DNA of 58,954 nt from Dehalococcoidia bacterium (GTDB lineage Bacteria > Chloroflexota > Dehalococcoidia > SZUA-161): the NCBI GenBank assembly GCA_034409195.1, contig DAOUMT010000079.1, positions 1-58,954 on the forward strand. Direction: 5' to 3'. The notes beneath the pieces are model-generated. The model was not told the DNA's origin, made no database searches, and saw only the letters and a program-made list of their open reading frames with translations. Shown piece by piece: positions 1 through 10,186 of this stretch. Every line of letters begins with the position of its first letter. Positions within the stretch are counted from its first letter, which is position 1. Both the position numbers and the translations under genes were made by a program.

Positions 1-483
1 GACTCCGAGCTCCCAGGGCTCAACAAGAAGCTCGGTCCCTGAAGCTGCCATTCTGCCTACCATGGTGGAGAACAGGGCATCCTCGGAGGCAATAATCAGG
101 TCGCACATGCTGGCAAGCATCACTCCGGCGGCGATACAATAGCCATGCACCTGGGCAATCGTCGGCTTGGGCAGGTTCCTGATGTAGAGACATTTTTCGA
201 CGAAAAACTTCTCCTCAAACTCCCGGTGTTCTTCGCTGCCAATCCGCCAGCCAGCCATGCCTCCCTCCGGTGCCATGCCGCTCATGTCATGTCCGCTGGA
301 AAAAGAGTGGCCGGCGCCGGCGAGCACGATAACCCGCACCTCTTTATCTTTTTCAGCCTCCTTCATGGCTTGTTCCAGCTCAACTATCATCCTGTAATTC
401 TGAGCGTTTCTCTTATCGGGACGGTTCAGTGTGATCTTTGCTACACTGCCCACTTTATCATAGAGAATTGTTTCCCACTTCAT
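1..483 (-). CDS. Enoyl-CoA hydratase/isomerase (crotonase) family protein, 3' end cut by window edge
   Basis: Open minus-strand frame from ATG at 481-483 to the window edge. It is absent from the ORF track because there is no stop in the window. AGGAGG RBS at 488-493. My hand translation starts MKWETILYDKVGSVAKITLNRPDKRNAQNYRMIVELEQAMK, a typical crotonase N-terminus. Confidence 0.7.
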   Translation of the reverse strand, partial: MKWETILYDKVGSVAKITLNRPDKRNAQNYRMIVELEQAMKEAEKDKEVRVIVLAGAGHSFSSGHDMSGMAPEGGMAGWRIGSEEHREFEEKFFVEKCLYIRNLPKPTIAQVHGYCIAAGVMLASMCDLIIASEDALFSTMVGRMAASGTELLVEPWELGV

Positions 484-534
484 ATCGCCTCCTGTTCATG
501 CCTCCCTATTTTTAATCCCAGCCATATTCCACAA

Positions 535-1731
535 TTACCAGCTTCGCGGCAGGCCCAGCCCCATTGAACATATAATATTTCTCATGATCTCCGACGAGCC
601 CCCGGCAATGTTCGAGCCCACGCACAACTGATATTCCCTTTCATATAACCCTTTTAATGGAGACCATCTTGATTCCCCTACCTGACCGTACAGTCCCATA
701 ATCTGGCAGCCGGCATAGATGAGACGCTGCATCAGCTCGGTGCCGTATACCTTTGCTGCGCAGGCCATAGGAGCAGCCACCACAAGCCCGCCTTTGATCT
801 GGCTCCACAGTATGAAATAAGACATAGCCCTTCCCACATCGATCTCCAATGCTAATTGGGCCAATTTATTGCGAACCAAGGGATTGTTTACCGGAATATC
901 GCCACCTTTTGTGGGCTTCTTGCTAAATTCTACCAGGTCCTCGAAATCACGCTTAAGCAGAGAAAACAGCTCTATCATGGAGCGCTCGAAATTGGATGTC
1001 ATCTGTGAGGCCACCCAGCCCTCGTTTTCCTCGCCCACCCTGTTGCGCGCCGGGATGCGGACATTATCCAGGAATACCTCGTTGAACATGTGAGAGCCTT
1101 CCAAACTAAGTATAGGCTTGATTGTGATGCCAGGAGATTTCAGATCGACGAGGAAGAAAGAGAGCCCGCGGCTTCTTCGCTCGGCGGGATTCGTTCTGGC
1201 AAGCAAAAAACCCCAGTCTGCGCGGTGGGCACCTGTGGTCCATGTCTTTTGCCCGCTGACGACGTAATCATCTCCCTCTCTTGTTGCACGAGTGGTAAGA
1301 GATGCCAGGTCCGAGCCGGCGCCAGGCTCGCTCCATAGCTGGGTCCAGAACCGCTCTCCTCTGGCTATGTAAGGTAAATGCTCCTTTTTTTGCTCATCGT
1401 TAGCACTGACCAGAAGCGTTGGAGCCAGCAAACTTACTCCCCAATGATCGAAACCTGCTCCTTTGTAGTACCCTATGACCTCGCTGAAGATGAACTGCTC
1501 TGTCAGGGGAGCGTCCTGTCCCACATATTCCGTCGGCCAGGGTCGAGATAGCCAGCGCTTCTCTCCCAGTTTCTTCGCCATCTGCCTGTGAAACTTCGCG
1601 CATGCGTCTCTACTGAGCATTGACTCCATAGCGGTTCCCCACTCGGGCGGGGCATTTTTCATCTCTTCTTTAAAAAGGTCGCTGAATTCTTTCCTGAGCG
1701 CCTCTTCTTTCGGAGTGAATTTGAAATCCAT
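535..1731 (-). CDS. Acyl-CoA dehydrogenase family protein
   Basis: 398-aa ORF. Begins MDFKFTPKEEALRKEF and contains WTQLWSEPGAGSDLASL and GQKTWTTGAHRADW, an ACAD-fold pattern. Confidence 0.8.
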   Translation of the reverse strand: MDFKFTPKEEALRKEFSDLFKEEMKNAPPEWGTAMESMLSRDACAKFHRQMAKKLGEKRWLSRPWPTEYVGQDAPLTEQFIFSEVIGYYKGAGFDHWGVSLLAPTLLVSANDEQKKEHLPYIARGERFWTQLWSEPGAGSDLASLTTRATREGDDYVVSGQKTWTTGAHRADWGFLLARTNPAERRSRGLSFFLVDLKSPGITIKPILSLEGSHMFNEVFLDNVRIPARNRVGEENEGWVASQMTSNFERSMIELFSLLKRDFEDLVEFSKKPTKGGDIPVNNPLVRNKLAQLALEIDVGRAMSYFILWSQIKGGLVVAAPMACAAKVYGTELMQRLIYAGCQIMGLYGQVGESRWSPLKGLYEREYQLCVGSNIAGGSSEIMRNIICSMGLGLPRSW

Positions 1732-1845
1732 CTATCTTCCTCCGCTGTTCGTTATCCTGGCGTCCCACTCAGCAAGCGATTACGTCCTTCACAATATAAC
1801 AACTCTTTATGTGTTAGCATCAAGTCCCGGCATAAGTCTAGAAGG

Positions 1846-1888
1846 AAATCAGGGCGTCAAAGTAGTACACCTATTGATGCCCTGATTT
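1846..1888 (-). terminator. Possible intrinsic terminator or stabilising hairpin between the crotonase and ACAD genes
   Basis: aaatcagggcgtcaa (1846-1860) pairs with ttgatgccctgattt (1874-1888), a ~14-15 bp stem with one G-U. The T-tract in the minus-strand sense is weak. Confidence 0.3.
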
Positions 1889-1994
1889 TACTATTTCTTG
1901 AAAGCCAATAGAACCGTCTAACGCCGAGCATTTCTGCCTGTTTTGCTGGCGCGCCAGACGTTATGTTAAGACAAGATTGTTGAAGCAGATGCTC

Positions 1995-2981
1995 CTATTT
2001 TCTTTTGTTCTTCTGCTGCTTGGTATCGATTGGTTTCGCCCTCGCTTTCTTCCACTCCTCGTCAAACCAGGCGAAAGGCGCATTAACAAAGTCATAAGCT
2101 GCCCTGGGTCCTTTCTCAATCATAAGGTTAAAGTACTCCCGCGCTTCCGGAGTCGTGTTGTTATGGAGGACTCCGCCAAGGATACCCATGATGTGCGCTC
2201 CGGAATAGTAACCCATCTCCATGTAGAGAACGCGTCTCTGCATTTTCATGTTGAATATGGCACGGGGTGTCATCAGAGAAACGGCTTTTGCCAGCCTCTT
2301 CACGCCCTTGTCCAAGTCCGCATAGGTGGGAAATACTTTATTAACCATGCCCCACTTATAAGCATCTTCGGCATTGATAAGGCCGCCGGTACACATCATT
2401 TCCATGACTTTCTTGGGGCCCATGCAATAGTACCACAGCGGACTGCAGAGGCTGCCCTCTATCCTGGTCACAGGATAACCGAACCAGGCATCCTCGGACG
2501 CATAGGTCACATCGCTGTGCAGAGCCAGCTCCAGACTGCCTGCTATGCAGAACCCCTGCACCTGGGCTATAAAGAATTTGTTCTCCTGCTCCCAGAAAGT
2601 CCTCCAATAGTTGAGGGCATAGGTGTTGAGATAATCGCTGATATGTGCATCGAAGGGGGTATTGGGGTCTCCCATCATGGGCGCTTTGCCCGAAGCTCCC
2701 CAGCCGACCGGTAGCTTTTCCCAGGTCGGTATTGCCTTGTTGAGTTCTTCAGAGCCTTCATAGCCGTACCCCGCGCCGAAAGCGCGCCCTTCGCCCTTTA
2801 TGATTACCACCTGGGTACCGTCATCCGTCCAGGCGGCTTCCCTGAGCTCAGGTAACAAATTATATGGAGGTATAGTATTCAGTGATTTAGGACGGGTGAA
2901 GGTCCATATGGCTATTTTGGGGTTGTCCTTATCTATCTCATACTTGAACCACTCATACTTCTTCACTTTGTTTCTAGCCAT
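1995..2981 (-). CDS. Enoyl-CoA hydratase/crotonase-fold protein
   Basis: ORF 1995-2990. Preferred start is the ATG at 2981 (MARNKVKKYEW), 9 nt after AGGAGG at 2991-2996. Contains GEGRAFGAGYGY and CIAGSLELALHSD crotonase oxyanion-hole-like motifs. Confidence 0.7.
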   Translation of the reverse strand: MARNKVKKYEWFKYEIDKDNPKIAIWTFTRPKSLNTIPPYNLLPELREAAWTDDGTQVVIIKGEGRAFGAGYGYEGSEELNKAIPTWEKLPVGWGASGKAPMMGDPNTPFDAHISDYLNTYALNYWRTFWEQENKFFIAQVQGFCIAGSLELALHSDVTYASEDAWFGYPVTRIEGSLCSPLWYYCMGPKKVMEMMCTGGLINAEDAYKWGMVNKVFPTYADLDKGVKRLAKAVSLMTPRAIFNMKMQRRVLYMEMGYYSGAHIMGILGGVLHNNTTPEAREYFNLMIEKGPRAAYDFVNAPFAWFDEEWKKARAKPIDTKQQKNKRK

Positions 2982-3121
2982 TTTTAACACCTCCTGTACT
3001 TTTGTGCTAAGAACTTTATGGATTTACTTCCGACTACTAAGTTCGCTTATTTCTCTGCTCACCTCCTTCTCAAATCATCTCACATATGCATTAAGGCAAA
3101 GGCATACTGCCTGAACACTGC

Positions 3122-4126
3122 CTAATTACTGCCCCGCTTATTTACCTTCTTCAGCTCTTCGGTAAGAAGAGGGAGGATAGTTCTCAGGTCTCCTACGATG
3201 CCTACATCGGCGACTTCAAAAATAGGTGCTTTGGGGTTCTGGTCTATGGCCAGGATAACTTTGGACCTCAAGAAACCCGTGGTAAAATGCATCGCTCCCG
3301 AGGCCCCGATGCTTATAAACAGTTTCGGGCTCACAGTTTTACCACTCTGCCCTATCATAGATTCCCGAGGAACCCACCCTTTGTCTGCGGCAGGTCGAGT
3401 TCCCCCTATCGCAGCCCCTAGAACCTCAGCTAGCTCTTTAACTGCTTCAAACCCACCCACGGAGTGTAGGCCCCAGCCCCCCGCCACCACCACACCCGCT
3501 CCCTCCAACTGCATTTCCGAAGGCGGCTCCTCAAACACCTCTACAGTCCTAGCTTTAGCATCCTCCGTTTTTGCCTCGAAAGCGAGGTTTACTATCTCCC
3601 CCGTTTTCTTCTCGCTTCTTTCCGGCCGTGGAAACACGCCCGGCCTGACGGTTGCCATCTGAGGACTTCTGAGGCAGCTGTACTCAACCAGTGTGTTCTC
3701 TGTTTGTCCGGGCACCACCTGGACGAGCCTGGATTCTTCATCGATATACAGGTCAATGCAGTGAGCGATAAGCCCGGTCCCGAGCCTGGCAGCCACTGCC
3801 GCCGAGAGCTCCCTTCCCAGTGCGGTAGCCCCCACCAACAATATCTTCGGCTCATGACTCTTCACGATTTCAGCGAGAAGCTTTGCATAGAGATTGCCTT
3901 CGTACATCCGGAGTGTCGGGTGCTCCAACAGATAGACCCTCCTCGCCCCATAATGCAAGAGCTCTCCGGCCAGGCCTTCGACCTCATCGCCCAGCATTAC
4001 AGCAGCAAGGTCCGCTCCCAGCTTCTCCGCCAGCTCCCGGCCATTGCCCAAAAGCTCCAGTGAGACGTCCATCAGCTTTCCCTGACGCTGCTCACTCCAG
4101 ACCCAGACCTCTTGGGCCACGCTCAT
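3122..4126 (-). CDS. etfA: Electron transfer flavoprotein alpha subunit
   Basis: ORF 3122-4240. The likely start MSVAQEVWVW at 4126 forms an ATGA overlap with the etfB stop. The C-terminal SGAMHFTTGFLRSKVILAIDQNPKAPIF is the EtfA FAD-binding signature. Confidence 0.85.
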   Translation of the reverse strand: MSVAQEVWVWSEQRQGKLMDVSLELLGNGRELAEKLGADLAAVMLGDEVEGLAGELLHYGARRVYLLEHPTLRMYEGNLYAKLLAEIVKSHEPKILLVGATALGRELSAAVAARLGTGLIAHCIDLYIDEESRLVQVVPGQTENTLVEYSCLRSPQMATVRPGVFPRPERSEKKTGEIVNLAFEAKTEDAKARTVEVFEEPPSEMQLEGAGVVVAGGWGLHSVGGFEAVKELAEVLGAAIGGTRPAADKGWVPRESMIGQSGKTVSPKLFISIGASGAMHFTTGFLRSKVILAIDQNPKAPIFEVADVGIVGDLRTILPLLTEELKKVNKRGSN

Positions 4127-4869
4127 ATCGCTCCTAGCTCGACGAGCCTGTCGACTGCTTTCCTCACCACTTCCTCCGGGGGCCCAGAAAGAATCTCTTT
4201 CCTGCGGTCGAAGGTCTTTTTGAACTCTCGGAGCGCACAACTGGGAGAGCCCTTGACTCCTATGTTCTGAGGTTCGGCAGCTATCTCGTTTGCTGTGCAG
4301 ATTTTTACCTCTTTCTCAGCCGCTGCCATTATCCCCCATACAGTAGCAAGCCGGGGCGTATTAATCTCCTTCACTACTGATAGCACAGCGGGCAGCTCCA
4401 CCTCCACTCTCATATAGCCATGCTCCAGAGCCCTCTCAATAAGGAACCTGTTTCCGTTTATGCTCTCGATCTTTCTCACAAAAGTGACGTGAGATATTCC
4501 AAGAAGCTCGGCCAATTGTGGGCCTACCTGACCTGTGGCGCCAGCCAAGGATTCATTGCCACAGAGAATCAAGTCAAAATGACCCTGGCTGCGTATGCCA
4601 TAGGAGAGCGCGTAAGCAGTTGCCAGACTATCAGCCCTAGCGAAGGCGTTATCACAGAGAAACATGGTCTCATCGGCACCCATCGCTACAGCCTCTTCAA
4701 GGGCTCGCCTCCCCGGAGGGGCATCCATGGTTAAAGCGGTAACCTTTCCTGACAACTTCTCTTTAAGCCTCAGCGCTTCCTCCAGGGCATTCCTGTCCAG
4801 CGGGTTCAGAATAGACTGGCCTGGCTGTGGCTCCTGCGTTATCCTCCTGATGCAGACAACGATGTCCAT
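4123..4869 (-). CDS. etfB: Electron transfer flavoprotein beta subunit
   Basis: 248-aa ORF. MDIVVCIRRI... and LILCGNESLAGATGQVGPQLAELLG are EtfB-like. The start overlaps the upstream ACAD stop by 1 nt (TAATG). Confidence 0.85.
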   Translation of the reverse strand: MDIVVCIRRITQEPQPGQSILNPLDRNALEEALRLKEKLSGKVTALTMDAPPGRRALEEAVAMGADETMFLCDNAFARADSLATAYALSYGIRSQGHFDLILCGNESLAGATGQVGPQLAELLGISHVTFVRKIESINGNRFLIERALEHGYMRVEVELPAVLSVVKEINTPRLATVWGIMAAAEKEVKICTANEIAAEPQNIGVKGSPSCALREFKKTFDRRKEILSGPPEEVVRKAVDRLVELGAI

Positions 4870-6002
4870 TATCTGGTGATGCCACCTCCAATGACCACCT
4901 TCATAATCTCCTGGGTTCCGGCAGCAGGCAGAAGCTCCAGTGCATCTCTCAGTCTGCGGGTGACCTGATACTCCGGGGTAGTCCCGGCTCCCCCGAGAAT
5001 CCTCACCGTCTTAAACGCTACGTCGTTGGCAAGGTCGCAAGCATAAAGCTTGGCTCTGGCTATTTCGGTTCCTGCCTCCCTGGCGTTTTTGCCTTGGTCC
5101 AGGAGACATGCAGCCTTGTAGGTCAGTAACCGTGCTGCTTCAATGCCGGTGCTTATGTCCACCAGCATAAACTGAATGCCTTGCAGGTCAGCGACCCGCT
5201 TGCCGTAAAGCTTTCTTTCCTTAGCAAATTTGAGAGCGATCTCATAGCATCCCTGGGCTATGCCTAGTCCTACACTTGCCGCACCCATTCTTCCCATAAC
5301 TGCAATGCCGCTCATGGTAACTCCCAATCCCTTGCCTTCCTGGCCAACCAGGTTTGCCTTGGGAACGCGGCAATTCGTTAAAGCAAACTCATTTACAGGA
5401 ATGGAACGAAGCCCTTCATGCTTATCTCTCCGGACAATCTCAAATCCAGGGGTCCCCTTCTCCACTATGAAGACGTTGAATTTGTCATCTGTCTTAGCCG
5501 TTACACAAACCAAATCTGCCGCTTCTACAAAGCTGATAAATTGCTTCCTTCCATTGAGAACATATACATCACCATCGGCTTTCGCCATCGTCTGCATAGC
5601 TGAGGGATCGGAGCCACCCGAGGCTTCGGTCAGGGCCATGGCCATGATCTTTTCACCTTTGCACAGGGGAGGAAGATATTTTTGCTTCTGGTCCTCTGTC
5701 CCTTCGGTCTGCAGCATGTACATGCCTATGGAGCCTACCTGCAGGAAGAAACCGAGGGGAGGATAGGCCTTTGACACCTCTTCTATAGCTATAACACGGG
5801 CCAGATGCCCCATCTCTGCGCCACCGTATTTCTTGGAGATGACTATCCCGACCAGGCCCAGCGCTGCGGCCCGTTTTACCTCCTCAAAAGGAAATTTCCC
5901 CTTTTCATCCAGTTCCAAGGCTTTAGGTGATAGCTCTGCCTGCGCAAACTCGCTCACCATGTTCCTGAGCATTTCGTGCTGTTTACTTAGACTAAAATCC
6001 AT
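4869..6002 (-). CDS. Acyl-CoA dehydrogenase (short/butyryl-chain-like)
   Basis: 377-aa ORF. MDFSLSKQHEMLRNMVSEFAQ..., ALTEASGGSDPSAM and the C-terminal YEGTxEI-like QEIMKVVIGGGI are classic ACAD features. Co-operonic with etfBA. Confidence 0.85.
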   Translation of the reverse strand: MDFSLSKQHEMLRNMVSEFAQAELSPKALELDEKGKFPFEEVKRAAALGLVGIVISKKYGGAEMGHLARVIAIEEVSKAYPPLGFFLQVGSIGMYMLQTEGTEDQKQKYLPPLCKGEKIMAMALTEASGGSDPSAMQTMAKADGDVYVLNGRKQFISFVEAADLVCVTAKTDDKFNVFIVEKGTPGFEIVRRDKHEGLRSIPVNEFALTNCRVPKANLVGQEGKGLGVTMSGIAVMGRMGAASVGLGIAQGCYEIALKFAKERKLYGKRVADLQGIQFMLVDISTGIEAARLLTYKAACLLDQGKNAREAGTEIARAKLYACDLANDVAFKTVRILGGAGTTPEYQVTRRLRDALELLPAAGTQEIMKVVIGGGITR

Positions 6003-6851
6003 TGTATCTACTACACCTCCTATCTTTCTTTTCAGTGGACTTTATCATATTTTCTTGCAACAGCCGACCTCTTTAGTATTTGGGCTTGGGGTGAGACATG
6101 AAAATGAATTTGCCACAAATCAGGGTCTGCAAATTGCGGCAGACCCAGTTTACAGCCGAATCCGCAAACTCGCAAGAGCTTTAGTTGGTATTTTCTCTGT
6201 GTCATTCAGCAGATTGTATCTATATCGTATTCGATATCGTACATGAATCCAACAAAATTATATCACTTGAGTCAAGAAACCAATTGCTACAATCCAGCCT
6301 CCATTTTGTTGTTTTTGCCGTCAAAAAGTCGAGGTTCTCCGTTATAAAACCAGTCTCGCTCCGGCCCTTGCAGGGATTTGAAGCCACAGTCGGATTGTCG
6401 CCTGGATTTATGCCGGTGCCTCCCTGCCCCTTTATCAAGGTCTCGGGAGTCGAGTGAAACTATTGACTTTTGTATTGCAACATGACATAATTTACGACGG
6501 CGACGCTCTCATAGAATTCACACCTTTTATCTTCTGCCGATTGATGATTGTAACTTAGTTGCTGGTGAAGGTAGCAAGGGCTCTGTACAAGTGATTTGCT
6601 CCTGTACAGAGGAGGGTGGCACGGTGGAAACGATAAGGGTGCTGATAGCTGACAATCAGGGCCCGTATTGCTCTGGGCTCGCCAGTATCCCAAAGGCTGA
6701 GCCCAACTTCCCCGTTTTTAGTGAAACCAGCGAAGACCTTCCAGTGATCGATAAGGCCCCAGCCCCATTATTCAGGCGCTGTACGCGTTCAGTTTTGGAG
6801 AGAATACAAAGCTGACCCATTTGTTAGTTGTGGCCTGCTGAGCTTGCGAAC

Positions 6852-7532
6852 ATGGAAAAGGTAAATTTACTGGCCAAAGTCCCCGTTTTTACTTCACTGA
6901 AGCCTGCCTATCTCGCAGAGCTTGCCAACAAGCTGACAACGCGGCATTACCGGAGAGGTGAGACTATTTTCCACAAAGACGACCCTGGTTCCATGCTTCA
7001 CATCATTAATGCCGGACAGGTAAAGATTACGACAACCTCCCCGGAGGGAGAGGAGGTAATCCTGGCCATCCTGACGGATAGCGACTTCTTTGGCGAACTC
7101 TCTCTGCTGGACGGCAGGCCTCGCTCAGCTAATGTAATAGCAATGGTAGACACTGAGGTTTTTACTTTGCACCGCGATGACTTCCTGGACGTTTTAGGCA
7201 AACACGCCGGGCTTGCCGCTGATATGCTGGCTGCTCTGAGCGACCGTTTGCGGCGCACTAATGTCTTGCTGGAGGACGCCATTTTTCTCGACCTGTCAGC
7301 GCGGCTTCGCAGGAGACTCATGGAGCTGAGTGAAAAGCACGGCCTCGTAACTAAAAGAGGTGTAGAGATAGACCTTCGTCTCACGCAGCAGGACTTAGCG
7401 AATTTCGTGGGAGCAAGCCGGGTTGCCATCAACAAACTGCTGGGCGTATTTCAAGATAAAGGGATAATCTGTATCGACAAGAAACGCATCACTATCCTCC
7501 GACCCGAAGAGATGCGAAAGCAAATACACTGA
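6852..7532 (+). CDS. Crp/Fnr family transcriptional regulator
   Basis: ORF 6828-7532, probable start MEKVNLL at 6852. The cNMP-binding-like FFGELSLLDGRPRSANV is followed by a C-terminal HTH (LTQQDLANFVGASRVAINKLL). Confidence 0.8.
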   Translation: MEKVNLLAKVPVFTSLKPAYLAELANKLTTRHYRRGETIFHKDDPGSMLHIINAGQVKITTTSPEGEEVILAILTDSDFFGELSLLDGRPRSANVIAMVDTEVFTLHRDDFLDVLGKHAGLAADMLAALSDRLRRTNVLLEDAIFLDLSARLRRRLMELSEKHGLVTKRGVEIDLRLTQQDLANFVGASRVAINKLLGVFQDKGIICIDKKRITILRPEEMRKQIH

Positions 7533-7664
7533 ACTGTCCCCCCGACTTTACTTAAGCCCCCTAAAATTAACAAAATGTAAACTGATTTACTTTTTTTGTG
7601 TAATCCCGTTAATAACCCTACCTGAAAAGCTTCGCTATGATAAAACTCGGAGGGGGTGAGTCCA

Positions 7665-8234
7665 ATGGCAAGCAAAGCAGGCGTAACCGATGACCCGACC
7701 ACGTGGAAGATGGAGCGCAGAGCCGACAGTGTGAAGCCGGCGAGAGGCATGGATGCTGAAGAGCACAACAACCTGGGAGTTGCCCACCACGTTCAAGGGC
7801 AGGTGAATTTAGCAATTGGCGAGTACGAGAGGGCCTTAATTGTTAACCCGGGTTTTGCTGATGCTCATAATAATCTGGGGGTTGCCTATTACGCCCTGGG
7901 CGATGCGGAGCAGGCCATCGCGGAATTTAAAGAGGCACTCAAAATAAACCCCGGCCTTGCCCAGAGCCACTATAATCTGAGCGTTGCATACAAGGCTACG
8001 GGCAACATTCACCTGACAATGGCTGAGTTGAAGGAAGCTTTAAATATAGACCCTGACGATGCCGCCACTAATTTCAGCCTCGGGGAAACCTACCAAAGTC
8101 AGGGGGAATCCCAAAAGGCTCTAGAGTTCTACGAGAGGTTCATCAAGTTGGCTCCACCGGACGATGCCCAATATGTCGAAGTAGCCATGGGTATGATTAA
8201 CCAGATTAGGAAAGAGACTGCATTAATAAATTAG
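7665..8234 (+). CDS. Tetratricopeptide (TPR) repeat protein
   Basis: ORF 7656-8234. The ATG at 7665 lies about 8-10 nt after GGAGGGGG. Four or five repeats of the pattern AxxNLGVAYxxxGxxxxAIxxxxxALxIxP. Confidence 0.75.
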   Translation: MASKAGVTDDPTTWKMERRADSVKPARGMDAEEHNNLGVAHHVQGQVNLAIGEYERALIVNPGFADAHNNLGVAYYALGDAEQAIAEFKEALKINPGLAQSHYNLSVAYKATGNIHLTMAELKEALNIDPDDAATNFSLGETYQSQGESQKALEFYERFIKLAPPDDAQYVEVAMGMINQIRKETALIN

Positions 8235-8322
8235 ATACTGGATTCATCCGATCTATCAAGTCAATCAGGGATCACCTTTTGACTAAGATTCAGGAACTGC
8301 TAATGAAATTCCAGGGGAAATA

Positions 8323-9066
8323 TCAGCAAGCCGCTATCTGTCCTTTATACCCGAGATGGAAAACGCATCCCTCTTTCAGACATTCCTTGTTCAAGGGGCT
8401 GAACTGGCACTGGATTTTGGGGGATATGTCCATCCGGACATTGAGGTTCTCCTTCAGAAACCGGGCAGCTTCCATAATGGCAAGATAAGTGTTCCGTTTA
8501 CAGCACCTGGGCCCGCCGTGGAGAGCAACGGACCTGAGAGACTCAGACGTCATCAGATTGGAAAGCCTCCAGCTATCCACAGAAAGGGGAGTGGCACCGG
8601 TAACAAGGCTCAAGAAAATGCCTGTGCCAACTGCGGCGCCGCAGTCTCCATAGAAGCCGCAGAAGCCCCCCAGTATCTGTTTAGCCCTCTTCTCTGCCTG
8701 TGCAATCTTCTCTTTCTTCTTCGCAGCATCCCCTTTTACATTATAGTAGGCAGCCAGTAATACCGCCGGTACCAGAAAATGGTGTTCGGGACCGTGCATA
8801 TTCACCGCGGGGTGCCGCATCAAGATGATAGCCATCTGCAAAGGATCGGTGAGCCCGCTCGAGTCGCAAAACTGCCTTATAATGTTGATTGCTGAAAGGC
8901 TGTGGCATGAGTCACATACATAGTGACCAGCAGCACATGTTACATTAGTCTCATAAGACTGTTTGCAATAGAAGCACTCACGGGATTCGTAGGTATCGTG
9001 GTATACAAGCTCCCTGCCACAGACCAAACAGCCGGACTTATGATTTTCAGAATCTTGTTTTTCCAT
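8323..9066 (-). CDS. Cysteine-rich metal/FeS-binding protein of unknown function (resembles DUF5714-type proteins, from memory only)
   Basis: ORF 8323-9138. The likely start MEKQDSENHKSGC at 9066 is preceded by AGGAG. Contains CLVCG..CFYC..CAAGHYVCDSCH, CGFYGDCG and a C-terminal CC/C motif. Lies directly downstream of acr3. Confidence 0.45.
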   Translation of the reverse strand: MEKQDSENHKSGCLVCGRELVYHDTYESRECFYCKQSYETNVTCAAGHYVCDSCHSLSAINIIRQFCDSSGLTDPLQMAIILMRHPAVNMHGPEHHFLVPAVLLAAYYNVKGDAAKKKEKIAQAEKRAKQILGGFCGFYGDCGAAVGTGIFLSLVTGATPLSVDSWRLSNLMTSESLRSVALHGGPRCCKRNTYLAIMEAARFLKENLNVRMDISPKIQCQFSPLNKECLKEGCVFHLGYKGQIAAC

Positions 9067-9088
9067 GTCAGATAGTCTCCTGGCAGAA

Positions 9089-10165
9089 TCAAGCCGTCTC
9101 AGCATGAAAATACCTTCGCTGGAAGTACAAGGCCACATTTACCAGGCTGATAAGCACCGGCACCTCCACCAGCGGCCCTATGACAGCGGCAAAGGCCTGA
9201 CCTGAGCCGATACCGAACACTGCTACAGCTACAGCGATTGCCAGCTCGAAGTTGTTACTGGCAGCAGTGAAGGAGATGGTCGCTGTCTTAGAGTAGTCGG
9301 CACCTATTCTCCTGCCCATATAGAACGATACCAGGAACATAACCACGAAGTAGATGAGAAGCGGGACAGCGATGCGCACCACGTCCAGAGGCAGGTCAAT
9401 AATGTATTCGCCCTTGAGGGAGGACATAACCACTATGGTGAAGAGCAAGGCTATGAGAGTTACAGGGCTGATTCTGGGGATGAACTTCTTCTCGTACCAT
9501 TCCCTTCCCCTCACCCTGATGAATGCGAAGCGCGTGAGCATTCCCCCGAAGAAGGGTATGCCCAGGTAAATAAATACGCTCTGGGCGATCTGGCCTATGG
9601 TGACATGTACTGCCGTGCCTTGAAGCCCGAACAAACCCGGAAGCACCGTTATGAAGACATAGGCGTATACGGAGTAGAAAATTATCTGAAAGATGGAGTT
9701 GAAGGCCACCAGCCCGGCGGCGTATTCGCTGTCTCCCTTTGCCAGTTCGTTCCACACAATCACCATGGCGATGCAGCGGGCTAGGCCTATCATGATCAGC
9801 CCTTGCATGTAGTCTGGATACGGCCACAGGAACCCGAGGAATCCGATTGCCAGGAAGAACATTAGCAGGGGCCCGATTACCCAGTTCTGCACCAGAGAAA
9901 GCAGCAGCACGCGCCAGTTTCGGAACACCTTGCCCAGTTCCTCATACTTCACCTTGGCCAGCGGGGGATACATCATGAGTATGAGGCCGATAGCTATAGG
10001 TATGGAAGTCGTGCCTACTTGAAAGCGATTGATAAAATCGGCTGTGCCGGGAATAAAGTAGCCCAGCCCCACGCCCAACCCCATCGCCAGGAATATCCAG
10101 AGCGTGAGGAAGCGGTCTAATAAGGCAAGCCGACGCATGCCGGCCATTGACCCAGCTTTATTCAT
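9089..10165 (-). CDS. acr3: ACR3-family arsenite efflux permease
   Basis: 358-aa multi-[36 protein letters not shown] and the later ARCIAMV segment (with the conserved Cys) are typical ACR3 features. Confidence 0.85.
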   Translation of the reverse strand: MNKAGSMAGMRRLALLDRFLTLWIFLAMGLGVGLGYFIPGTADFINRFQVGTTSIPIAIGLILMMYPPLAKVKYEELGKVFRNWRVLLLSLVQNWVIGPLLMFFLAIGFLGFLWPYPDYMQGLIMIGLARCIAMVIVWNELAKGDSEYAAGLVAFNSIFQIIFYSVYAYVFITVLPGLFGLQGTAVHVTIGQIAQSVFIYLGIPFFGGMLTRFAFIRVRGREWYEKKFIPRISPVTLIALLFTIVVMSSLKGEYIIDLPLDVVRIAVPLLIYFVVMFLVSFYMGRRIGADYSKTATISFTAASNNFELAIAVAVAVFGIGSGQAFAAVIGPLVEVPVLISLVNVALYFQRRYFHAETA

Positions 10166-10186
10166 AATTATCGCTGATCTTTTTCT

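Noticed and set aside
145-567. 140-aa plus-strand ORF at the left edge
   Set aside because: It lies antisense to a well-supported crotonase gene (1-483, minus strand) and its translation has no recognisable motifs. It is a shadow ORF.
6123-6146. Perfect 8-bp hairpin gggtctgc-N8-gcagaccc as a terminator
   Set aside because: It lies upstream, not downstream, of the nearest gene on either strand and lacks a flanking T-run. Its function is unknown, so I noted it only under the 6003-6851 finding.
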